NCBI GenBank assembly: GCA_964648855.1
Contig: CAZYLT010000002.1
Location: forward strand, 180,001-212,000
DNA from: an uncultured archaeon
Lineage (GTDB): Archaea > Asgardarchaeota > Thorarchaeia > Thorarchaeales > Thorarchaeaceae
Length of the DNA: 32,000 bases
Direction of reading: 5' to 3'
Shown in pieces: positions 8,063 to 16,282 of this stretch. A program made the position numbers and the translations under genes. Each line of letters opens with the position of its first letter. Position 1 is the first letter of the stretch. The notes under the pieces are model-generated. The model was not told the DNA's origin and searched no databases. It saw nothing but the letters and a program-made list of their open reading frames with translations.

Positions 8063-9406
8063 CTACATGCCAGGGAATCCAGGCATACCAGGAATACCGC
8101 CCCGGCGTCCCCTGCGTGATTTGCTCATTTGTTTCATCATTTTCTTCATGGCATCATACTGCTTGAGCAGCTCTCTTACATCTCTATCCGATGTTCCAGA
8201 GCCCATAGCGATGCGCTTTATTCGGGAAGATTTGAGCAATTTTGGCTCATCAAGCTCCTCTTTGGTCATGGACTTCATAATAACTTCAAACTTCTTGAGA
8301 TTCTCTTCCTGCATCTCGGCTACATCATCAGGTAGCTTGTATTGCAGGCCCAGCATCTCCATGACTTTTCCAAGAGGTCCCATCTTCTTCAGCTGCTTCA
8401 TTTGTGCCATCATATCGTTTAGGGTGAATTTACCCTTCATGATACGCATCGCAGCGTCTTCATCAACCTCGATTTGAGCCTCACGCACTTTCTCAATGAG
8501 TCCCTTAATGTCGGACATTCCGAGAAGACGTCCTGCAAACTTAGTTGGGCTAAATGGCTCAATTGCATCCATACCTTCTCCTGTGCCGATATACTTGATG
8601 GGAGCACCTGTTGCTGCTACCGCGGATAATGCACCGCCTCCTTTGGCACTGCCGTCTAGCTTTGTGACAATAATGGATCCTATATCAGTGGCTTCTCTGA
8701 ACGCACTCGCCTGAGCCCCTGCTTGCTGTCCGAGAGTGCCATCAATGACAAGAATGATTTCTTGTGGTTTGATAGCTTTTGAGATGTCCTGCATCTCTTT
8801 AATGAGTCCTTTCTCTTCTCGATGACGTCCAGATGTATCAACCAGAATGAGTTCAATCCCATTTTCTTTCATGTATTTGACGCCGTTCTTGGCAAGTTTG
8901 ACGGCGCTTTCTTCATCCTGATCTCCCCAGAATGGGATATTGGATTTTTCGGCCAGCTGATTCAGTTGACTATAAGCCCCGGGACGGAAATTATCTGCAC
9001 AGATTACTCCGCTTCTGATTCCCCTCTTTTGATAATAACGAGCAAGTTTTCCAACAGTGGTGGTCTTCCCTGAGCCTTGAATTCCAATCAGCATTAACAC
9101 ATTAGATTGCCCTGGATGAATAGTCAGTGGAACAGCCTTCTCTCCCAGAAAATGTGCCAGCGTATCCCACACTGCCTTGATGATATGCTCTCTTCTAGAG
9201 ATTCCCCGGGGTAAGGATTCATCTAATGCTTGCTCTTCAACGCGTTCTGTAATGGCCATTACAAGATTGACATCTACGTCAGCCATCAATAGCGCACGCT
9301 GAATGTCTTTCACAAGCTCCTTGATGAGCTCTTCATCGATGACACTCGCTCCAAAGAGTCTCTTGAGTGCCGAATTTAGAGATTTTCCTAGTCCTTCAAG
9401 AACCAA
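8063..9406 (-). CDS. srp54: Signal recognition particle protein SRP54
   Basis: DIQRALL.ADV, GIQGSGKTTT, DTSGRH, TKLDGSAKGGGALSA, Met-rich M domain with SRIKRIA.GSG. TTG start preceded by GGTGA. Confidence 0.97.
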   Translation of the reverse strand: MVLEGLGKSLNSALKRLFGASVIDEELIKELVKDIQRALLMADVDVNLVMAITERVEEQALDESLPRGISRREHIIKAVWDTLAHFLGEKAVPLTIHPGQSNVLMLIGIQGSGKTTTVGKLARYYQKRGIRSGVICADNFRPGAYSQLNQLAEKSNIPFWGDQDEESAVKLAKNGVKYMKENGIELILVDTSGRHREEKGLIKEMQDISKAIKPQEIILVIDGTLGQQAGAQASAFREATDIGSIIVTKLDGSAKGGGALSAVAATGAPIKYIGTGEGMDAIEPFSPTKFAGRLLGMSDIKGLIEKVREAQIEVDEDAAMRIMKGKFTLNDMMAQMKQLKKMGPLGKVMEMLGLQYKLPDDVAEMQEENLKKFEVIMKSMTKEELDEPKLLKSSRIKRIAMGSGTSDRDVRELLKQYDAMKKMMKQMSKSRRGRRGGIPGMPGFPGM

Positions 9407-9537
9407 GTCGCTTCACCGTGTTGTCCTGTTTCAGTCCATTTTTTATACATATCAAGCTTCGCCTCTCTGTCTTTCTCTCGACATGGGAAGGTTGAAAACC
9501 GCGTTATGCCGTAACAAATCAGTATAGGTGATAATTC

Positions 9538-10023
9538 TTGGCTGCAAGCGAGAAAGTTGAAGGCATCAGGATTGTGAAAATTAAGGAAGGCACAGTCATT
9601 GACCACATCCAAGCTGGACATGCATTGGATGTTTTGCAAATTCTGGGGATAACCGGTGCGGAAGGTAGTGTTGTGTCCTTGGCTATGAACATTTCAAGTT
9701 CTAGAATTGGAAAAAAAGACATTGTAAAACTTGAAGACCGTTATTTACAGGACTCAGAAGTCGCAAAGATAGCTCTTGTGGCCCCTGATGCAACCATCAA
9801 CACCATTCGTAGATCCGAAGTAGAAAAGAAGAATCGTGTAGAGCTGCCGGATGAAATAACAAATGTTATCGTCTGTCCGAACAAGCGTTGTGTGACGAAC
9901 AAAGAACGCGAGCCAGTTTCAGCAAAGTATAAGGTTTTGTCACGCGACCCAGTTAAATTGAAATGTCTATACTGCTGGACTCACGTCACGGAAGAAGACA
10001 TTATTTCTCAGTTTAAGGACTAG
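9538..10023 (+). CDS. pyrI: Aspartate carbamoyltransferase regulatory subunit
   Basis: IKEGTVIDHI.AG, GKKDIVKLE, AP.ATIN.I and Zn ligands CPN.RCVTN / CLYC. TTG start after GGTGA. Confidence 0.96.
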   Translation: MAASEKVEGIRIVKIKEGTVIDHIQAGHALDVLQILGITGAEGSVVSLAMNISSSRIGKKDIVKLEDRYLQDSEVAKIALVAPDATINTIRRSEVEKKNRVELPDEITNVIVCPNKRCVTNKEREPVSAKYKVLSRDPVKLKCLYCWTHVTEEDIISQFKD

Positions 10024-10347
10024 CCCTCAAGAAATTCCTCAGACGATTCGCATATGCTTTTCAACCCACTGCGGAGTTTCATGATTTGTGGGTAAAACGG
10101 TCAGTGACAAAATCGCAATCACATGCGATAGTGACTCCCTCACCGGATTCAAAATTGTTGGTGTTAACGAGCTTTCTGATTCCAAAAATCCTCCGAAGCA
10201 CGACTGGATACGACTTACAGAATGCTCTGAATAATCATCGAGTTTTCAAGAAGAATGGCACAGGCTGTTTCTCCTACCTAGGAATTCACGCGGATATAAG
10301 GGACAACATGTGCCTTTTTATCTCATTAGGCGGAAGTAGGGGATATC

Positions 10348-10905
10348 ATGACTGCCGCTGAAGAACTTGAACTGCTTTACGAGAAAATTAGAAGATGTAC
10401 GAAATGCCCTCTGTATAAAACCAGAGAGAACGCAGTGCCGGGAGAAGGCCCGATAGATGCGGAAGTAATGCTTGTTGGTGAGGCACCGGGCGCAAAAGAA
10501 GATGAAACCGGTAGGCCATTTGTGGGAAGGTCAGGTCAGCTTCTAACAGAAATGCTTGAAGAGATTAGTCTTCCTAGAGAAGAGGTGTATATCACATCTG
10601 TACTCAAGTCGCGTCCTCCTAACAACAGGCAACCGAGGCAAAATGAAATCAGTGCCTGTCTTCCATATCTACATCGTCAAATCGAATTGATAAATCCACG
10701 ATTTATTGTCCTATTGGGTGGTGTTGCAGTATCAAGTGTCATCGGGCACCGGAAGCTATTGGACTATCACGGGTCCTTCCACAAGACTGATGATAGAGAA
10801 TTCTTCATTACCTACCATCCTGCTGCTGCTCTACGATTTCCAGAGTATAAGCAGCGTTTTAGGCAGGATCTCAGAAAACTAAAACACCAGCTTGGTGGAG
10901 GTTAA
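10348..10905 (+). CDS. udg: Uracil-DNA glycosylase, family 4 (Fe-S)
   Basis: C.KC.L...R.NAVPGEG, VGEAPG..ED.TGRPFVGRSG, RPPNNR.P...EI.AC.PYL, TYHPAAAL. Confidence 0.93.
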   Translation: MTAAEELELLYEKIRRCTKCPLYKTRENAVPGEGPIDAEVMLVGEAPGAKEDETGRPFVGRSGQLLTEMLEEISLPREEVYITSVLKSRPPNNRQPRQNEISACLPYLHRQIELINPRFIVLLGGVAVSSVIGHRKLLDYHGSFHKTDDREFFITYHPAAALRFPEYKQRFRQDLRKLKHQLGGG

Positions 10906-10929
10906 AACAGCCGGTAGAAATTTACTTAT

Positions 10930-11445
10930 ATGAGAGCCCAAATTGGCGCAGCAATTCTAATTATGCAGACTCCTTTCGAAGAGATAGTTCTGCCATCATA
11001 TCTAGAGATGCTCGATAAGGCACTACACGGCCTCTACGCTCTCTCTGTTAGAGGATACATAGTATTCATTCTTGCTGGGATGATTATTTATGCCACATCA
11101 TTAGGAGATGGAACTGCCAAGGGCTTAGTAATTGCTGGCGTTGTTCTGTATTTTCTAGGTCCCTTTGTTGTCACCTACATGATGAATGTCGCAGGTCTTG
11201 GGCCTATTGATTCAGACAAGGCAGAAGTAGTATGGCGAGGTTTGTTTGGCATTGGAGACCTAGACATGCTTAGTCTGTCCCTCATGGTGGGAGATGCCCT
11301 TGTTGCTGTCTTATTGCTTGCAGGAACTATACTGTATTTCACGCCATCATCCAAGGAACTGAAGAGCAAGGGACAGTCTCTCGTAACACGCAGTCTAATT
11401 CTCTCTCCCGTTCTTATGTTCTTTCATTTTTCAAGTATAATTTAG
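10930..11445 (+). CDS. Hypothetical membrane protein with an internal two-hairpin repeat
   Basis: About 4 hydrophobic segments; repeat LAGMIIYAT..AKGLV / LAGTILYFT..GQSLV. Confidence 0.7.
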   Translation: MRAQIGAAILIMQTPFEEIVLPSYLEMLDKALHGLYALSVRGYIVFILAGMIIYATSLGDGTAKGLVIAGVVLYFLGPFVVTYMMNVAGLGPIDSDKAEVVWRGLFGIGDLDMLSLSLMVGDALVAVLLLAGTILYFTPSSKELKSKGQSLVTRSLILSPVLMFFHFSSII

Positions 11446-11535
11446 GAATCATGGATGTCGCTTGGCAAGTCCTAAGACTGCTTCACAATCTACAGGCCAC
11501 GCGGGTTCAATCTGGACCCTAAGGCGGTTTTTGCC

Positions 11536-11850
11536 ATGACAAAGGAAACCTAGATAGTATATCGTACAATGTCTGATGTCAGCGGACCTCTTCCTATCGT
11601 AGAAAGTACTCACGATGTTGCTTACAATGAAGTGGTGAAAATCAAAATCTCTAATGGAAACCTTCTGACGGATACTGTACTAGAAATAGGTGGGGGCTAA
11701 GCTGTAGTCCACGTATTCGAAGATACTAGCGGGTTGGATACCGGAGTTACTTCTGTGCGTTTTACACGCAGTACTATGAAGTTGCCCGTGTCAACCCAAG
11801 TTCTAGGAAGAGTATTGAGGGAATCTACTGATACCTGTATAATTATGTAA
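11536..11850 (+). pseudogene. atpB: Truncated pseudogene of A/V-type ATP synthase subunit B (N-terminal ~95 codons)
   Basis: Translation [92 protein letters not shown]... matches the AtpB N-terminus. In-frame stops at 11551 (TAG) and 11698 (TAA). Confidence 0.88.
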
Positions 11851-11919
11851 AGTGGCTAGTCTAAGCCAATACAAAAAAAGAAGCTAGAATTGAGTATAAG
11901 ACCATTCAACAGAAGACGC

Positions 11920-12309
11920 CTAAATCTCTGAATGGTGGTCCTCTTCTTCCTCTTCGTCCTCTTCCTCCAGGCCATGTTTTAGGTAGTAATCTTTCTCTTT
12001 CTTTGTGCCAAAGCTTCGTAGCCCCTCAGACTTCAGTTGTCTCTTAATCGTACGAGCTTCTCCAGTCGTAATCTCACCCTGACTGTTCAGATAGTCTACT
12101 ATTTCTTCTGCTTGTGAAACAGTATCGCATCTTCTAATATAATCAACAACGTTCGGAACAAAAGTTTCTTTCTTTACTGGTCTTTTTGGTGGATTTGACA
12201 CATCACGAACCCCGTCAATTTTGAATTCCTTCGCATCGCCTGTTTCCAGCTCTTCTGTAATAGCGGGATACAATTGCCTGAAGTTTTCATCTATATCCAT
12301 AAATTTCAC
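11920..12309 (-). CDS. DUF2095 family protein
   Basis: P.VVDYIRRC.T..QA.EIVDYL...GEIT and GLRSFG.KKE.DYY; acidic tail. Start may be ATG 12300. Confidence 0.8.
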   Translation of the reverse strand: MKFMDIDENFRQLYPAITEELETGDAKEFKIDGVRDVSNPPKRPVKKETFVPNVVDYIRRCDTVSQAEEIVDYLNSQGEITTGEARTIKRQLKSEGLRSFGTKKEKDYYLKHGLEEEDEEEEEDHHSEI

Positions 12310-12396
12310 CCGACTGCATGAAGCAATTTCAGTCGTGGCGTTTCTGTAAGTGAATTCTTCGTTAGCTCTTATAATCCATTTGATGGTGTCCTTTCT

Positions 12397-13923
12397 TTAG
12401 ACCTTAATGAAGGCCCATGGGAGTTCACCCTTAAGCCGTTCTGCATCATTTGCAATAGAAAAGAATTCAGTACCTGTTTCCTTCTCTGCTCGTCGCCATC
12501 CACCTAATCCTCCATATTCACTGGCTCGTACAATCACTGCACCCAAGGATTGATCTCCAAGTGAAAGTGCCGCCTGAATACGCGCCTTTCGCGGATCAAG
12601 CGTTTCCAGAGTTACCTTTGGAATATTATGGAAATCTTGTTCAAGCATCTTGATTTTATTGCGCAAAGAAGGAAGCGGAGGTTGTGGGTACCTCTGCCAC
12701 TTCGTATGTGCTTTTGGAACAAATGGATTGACGCTGGCAGTCAATTTTAGGTTGGAAGATTTAGCAAGGCTCCTCATCATATTCCCAATTTCACTCACGT
12801 CCCCGTCAGACTCTCCTGGGAGCCCAATAATGAAGTATGCTTTTACTGCGTGCAAACCTACCTTGTCTGCTAACAAGACAGCTCTATTGATTTCTTCATC
12901 ACTCAATCCTTTTCCCATCTCTTTACGAAGTCTGCTTGACCCTGCTTCAGGAGCAATTGTTAGAGTACGTTGCCCTCCCTTTTTCAGCGTGCGTAGAGTA
13001 TCTTCCGTAACTGCATCAGCACGCATTGATGGCACGGATAAGCTCAATCCCTGATTGATTATCCACTCGGCGAGGTCTGCGAGATCATCCGCTTCTCCTA
13101 GTGATGATGCAATAAGTGCAACCTTGTCTATCGGTGTTCTTTGCATGCCTTCTGCTATGATTTCTTTCAGTCGATTTGTTGAACGTACTCGCCTTGGCCT
13201 GCATACATGTCCAACAAGACAGAACTTGCAACTATGCCCGCATCCACGACTAACTTCAACAAGAAGTGAGCGTCCAAATACGGGTGCATGTATCGAGTCT
13301 TCTGGAACATCCGGTACTAGTTGTGCTGTGGGGTGAAATGAGTCTTCTAAGTTTGCAACTATCAGCCTAGAAACAGAACCTTCTGTGATGCTGGGAACAT
13401 ATATCCCCTCTAGCTCAGCAAGACTCTCTATGACCTCTTCTCGTGAGTTCGAGTTCAATGCAACATCTAGAATGTCATTGATGACATATTCTCCCTCTCC
13501 GATGGCAAACGCATCAACAAACTTGGTATACGGCTCTGGGTTTGCACTAACTGCGGGGCCGCCTGCTATGATTATTGGGTCCTGGTTTTCACGACTATCT
13601 CTGTCTAGTGGGATTTTTCCCATTCTCAACATTTGAACGATATTGAGAATGTCCTCTTCGTATGTCAATGAGAATCCTATGATATGATTATCAAACAGAG
13701 GTCTGCCTGACTCCACTGATTTTACAGGTGAAGGCGTATGAAAGCGGAAGTACCTCTCACAAGAAGTATCAGGTCTCGAATTGATTAAAGCGTAGAAGAG
13801 ATGTGTCGCGAGACTAGTCATTCCTGCTCTGTATGTTGATGGATACGCGAAGCCAAATAATATTTCAACATCACTTCTATCCTTGATTATTACATTATAC
13901 TCGCGAACTAAACCGGGTACCAG
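12397..13923 (-). CDS. Radical SAM protein with B12-binding-like N-terminal domain (COG1032-type)
   Basis: EVSRGCGHSCKFC (CxxxCxxC), GGP.VSANPEP, IGEGE, LTIAPEAGS.RLR, YFIIGLPGE, PFVPKAHT. Start extended to CTG 13923 to include the conserved YPSTYRAGMTSL. Confidence 0.88.
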   Translation of the reverse strand: MVPGLVREYNVIIKDRSDVEILFGFAYPSTYRAGMTSLATHLFYALINSRPDTSCERYFRFHTPSPVKSVESGRPLFDNHIIGFSLTYEEDILNIVQMLRMGKIPLDRDSRENQDPIIIAGGPAVSANPEPYTKFVDAFAIGEGEYVINDILDVALNSNSREEVIESLAELEGIYVPSITEGSVSRLIVANLEDSFHPTAQLVPDVPEDSIHAPVFGRSLLVEVSRGCGHSCKFCLVGHVCRPRRVRSTNRLKEIIAEGMQRTPIDKVALIASSLGEADDLADLAEWIINQGLSLSVPSMRADAVTEDTLRTLKKGGQRTLTIAPEAGSSRLRKEMGKGLSDEEINRAVLLADKVGLHAVKAYFIIGLPGESDGDVSEIGNMMRSLAKSSNLKLTASVNPFVPKAHTKWQRYPQPPLPSLRNKIKMLEQDFHNIPKVTLETLDPRKARIQAALSLGDQSLGAVIVRASEYGGLGGWRRAEKETGTEFFSIANDAERLKGELPWAFIKV

Positions 13924-13933
13924 TGTCGCCTCC

Positions 13934-15223
13934 TCAATCCTCTGGGTTCAAATGAATAGATTCGGTTTCTTGTCTTGGTCTGACAAGAACATTCTCACCA
14001 ATATCCTTCTCGACTATGGTTCCTACTCCAGTCCTTGCACCTGTAGCAATGACAACTCCAGGGGAGATTGAAGTACCTATACCAGTCTTCACATTATCCG
14101 CAATAATTGCTCCGAGTTTCCGTCTGCCCGAATCCACTCTTCGTTCTTTAACGGTCACTTTTACAGACTCATCATCATGACGGAGGTTTGCAGTGATAGT
14201 TCCAGCTCCAAAATTTGAATATCTGCCGATTATAGAATCACCCACATAAGAGAGATGCCCTACGTTGGTATCCTCCATTATTATCGAATTCTTGATTTCT
14301 ACAGCACTGCCTATCTTGACTCGTGCAACCAACACAGTATGCGCCCGAATATAGCAATTTGGACCCACAACACACTCCGGACCAACATAAACAGGCCCTT
14401 CGATGTATGCGCCACTCTTGATATGGGCACTGGGATCAATCACCACACTGCCCTTTACGGTGGCTCCATCTTCAATCTTACCAGCAATCTGACGAACTGC
14501 TCCCTTCATAATCAGCTCATTAGCCTCAAGAAGGTCCCAGGGTTTCCCCACATCAATCCACCAATTCTCAATGGTGAAGGCTCCTACTTCACCCATGTGA
14601 ACGAGCATCATAATTGAATCCGTTATCTCATACTCCCCGCGGTCAGACTTCTTGGTCTTTGCTATTGCATCCCACAATTCTGGGCCAGCAGCATAGACAC
14701 CTGCATTAACCAGATTACTAACCATCTGGTCTTCTCTCGGTTTCTCTATCAAGTCCTTGACCATGTTATCCTCGACAGAAACCACTCCATAGGCAGAGGG
14801 GTCTTCTACGGGAAAGACCGAGAGAGTGAAGCTTGCTTCGCCCTTCTTATGTTGTTTTATCAGCTTCTCAAAGGTTTCAGGCCCCACCAGAACATCTCCG
14901 TACATTAGAAGGATGTCATCTTTTCCGGCGAACTTTTGGGCATAGCCGGCCGCATGGGCTGTCCCCATTCTCTTGTCCTGATGGATATATGAAATCTCCA
15001 TTTTTCCCCAGTCATGAGCATCAATGGCTTGTTTTAGGGCTTGACCCTGGTATCCAAATACGATCAGGACCTCCTCTATGCGGGCGTTTCTCAAGGCATC
15101 CAATGTATGGAAAATCAGTGGTTTCCCTGCAATTGGTAATAGATGTTTAGGGCGATTATCTGAAAGAGGTCGCATTCTAGTTGAATCGCCTGCCGCAAGG
15201 ATTGCTGCCTTCTTCATGGTCAT
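13934..15223 (-). CDS. glmU: Archaeal bifunctional sugar-1-phosphate nucleotidylyltransferase/acetyltransferase (GlmU-type)
   Basis: ILAAG.STRMRPL...RPK.LLPIAGKP, GTAHA, YGD, EKP, RGEYEITD, hexapeptide repeats, HLSYVGDS, GRRKLGA. Confidence 0.92.
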   Translation of the reverse strand: MTMKKAAILAAGDSTRMRPLSDNRPKHLLPIAGKPLIFHTLDALRNARIEEVLIVFGYQGQALKQAIDAHDWGKMEISYIHQDKRMGTAHAAGYAQKFAGKDDILLMYGDVLVGPETFEKLIKQHKKGEASFTLSVFPVEDPSAYGVVSVEDNMVKDLIEKPREDQMVSNLVNAGVYAAGPELWDAIAKTKKSDRGEYEITDSIMMLVHMGEVGAFTIENWWIDVGKPWDLLEANELIMKGAVRQIAGKIEDGATVKGSVVIDPSAHIKSGAYIEGPVYVGPECVVGPNCYIRAHTVLVARVKIGSAVEIKNSIIMEDTNVGHLSYVGDSIIGRYSNFGAGTITANLRHDDESVKVTVKERRVDSGRRKLGAIIADNVKTGIGTSISPGVVIATGARTGVGTIVEKDIGENVLVRPRQETESIHLNPED

Positions 15224-15380
15224 TCAAGTCCTCTGAGGGACGCCACAATATAGAGTTTGTTGACTGCTGTTGTTGCTGTGACAGAAACATTAAATTGCCT
15301 AAATCTAACGAACGCCGATTAAATCCAATGCCCCTTTTAATGCGCAGTATAAGACCGCGATAAAGCCGTCCCATCCTGCG

Positions 15381-15454
15381 ATAAGTTAATAAGGGTTGTC
15401 GTAGCGTTAATCATGTGTTGGTTAAGATATCTCGGGGAGAGAATCATCAACCAA
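15381..15454 (+). promoter_or_regulatory. Putative BRE/TATA promoter and 5' leader hairpin of the winged-helix cluster
   Basis: TTAATAA at 15386-15392; about 25 nt downstream a stem begins (TTGGTT 15418-23 / AACCAA 15449-54), followed by an A-rich leader. Confidence 0.45.
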
Positions 15455-15488
15455 GCAAAAATTACACAAAAATCAAGGTAGAAACGCG

Positions 15489-15734
15489 ATGATGAGCGAA
15501 AAGGAACTCATTCAAGAATTGAAGAATCTTAAGCTGACCAAGAGTCAGAAGATTGTTCTTGATATTCTACGCACTAGTGGAAAGAATGGAGTCACTCCTA
15601 AAGAGCTACTTGATGAGGTATCCTTTGCCCCGCGAACCGTTAGGTACGCACTCAGGAAACTTCTGAAGAAGAGATTAATCAAACGAGTACCATGCCTTCA
15701 AGACATGCGGCAGTACATCTATCTGCCTGCCTGA
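15489..15734 (+). CDS. Small basic winged-helix DNA-binding protein, paralog 1
   Basis: 81 aa; LTKSQK.VL.IL...G..GVT.KEL...VSFAPRTVRYALRKL...LIKR; 18 K/R versus 8 D/E. Confidence 0.88.
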   Translation: MMSEKELIQELKNLKLTKSQKIVLDILRTSGKNGVTPKELLDEVSFAPRTVRYALRKLLKKRLIKRVPCLQDMRQYIYLPA

Positions 15735-15755
15735 TAGAAAGGGGTTGAAACAAAT

Positions 15756-15974
15756 TTGGAAGACCAATTAACCAGAAGTCAGAGAGAGATCGTCAATATC
15801 CTGAGGACACGCGGCCGAAATGGCATGACCCCTAATGAGCTAATGGAACGTGTTTCCTTTGCTCCGAGAACGGTACGGCATGCCCTCCGAAAACTATTGC
15901 GGAAAGGGCTGGCTGAGAGAATACCTAATCTCTCCGATATGAGACAACACATCTACCTACCAGCAGAAAGGTGA
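15756..15974 (+). CDS. Small basic winged-helix DNA-binding protein, paralog 2
   Basis: 72 aa, TTG start; VSFAPRTVRHALRKLL and DMRQ.IYLPA shared with its neighbours. Confidence 0.85.
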   Translation: MEDQLTRSQREIVNILRTRGRNGMTPNELMERVSFAPRTVRHALRKLLRKGLAERIPNLSDMRQHIYLPAER

Positions 15975-15981
15975 TAATATT

Positions 15982-16227
15982 ATGTTAAGCAAAGAAGAAC
16001 TAGAAAATGAATTAGAAGGAAAGAAACTGACCAAGAGTCAGAGAGTTGTCCTGGACATCCTCCGTACAGACGGTAAGGATGGTATTACCCCAAAGCAACT
16101 ACTTGATGAGGTCTCTTTTGCTCCACGAACTGTCAGATACGCCCTGAGAAAGCTTCTCAAAATGAAGCTCGTCAAGAGGGTCCCATGTCTGCAAGATATG
16201 AGACAGTTCATCTATGTACCGGCATAG
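15982..16227 (+). CDS. Small winged-helix DNA-binding protein, paralog 3
   Basis: 81 aa; 62/81 identical to paralog 1 without gaps; GGTGA SD upstream. Confidence 0.88.
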   Translation: MLSKEELENELEGKKLTKSQRVVLDILRTDGKDGITPKQLLDEVSFAPRTVRYALRKLLKMKLVKRVPCLQDMRQFIYVPA

Positions 16228-16282
16228 TAGGGGCAGGCACAATGCTAGTGTCCTTACCCTCATCCCATAGGAGGTAAGACTC

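Noticed and set aside
10015-10263. Minus-strand frame interrupted only by three TGA codons (possible selenoprotein), and plus ORF 10086..10361
   Set aside because: No redox-motif context or family resemblance and no convincing SECIS; most likely chance.
11495-11520. tRNA T-arm-like GCGGGTTCAATC
   Set aside because: T-stem does not close and no cloverleaf can be formed.
11536-11850. Stop-codon recoding in the atpB fragment
   Set aside because: Two different stops (TAG and TAA), truncation and loss of conserved glycines indicate decay; TAG and TAA end normal genes throughout the window.
15262-15280. Short (G/T)TG/CTG-type trinucleotide run giving the poly-Cys or poly-Gln ORFs 15177..15374
   Set aside because: Low-complexity sequence in a divergent promoter region; both ORFs overlap glmU and look spurious.
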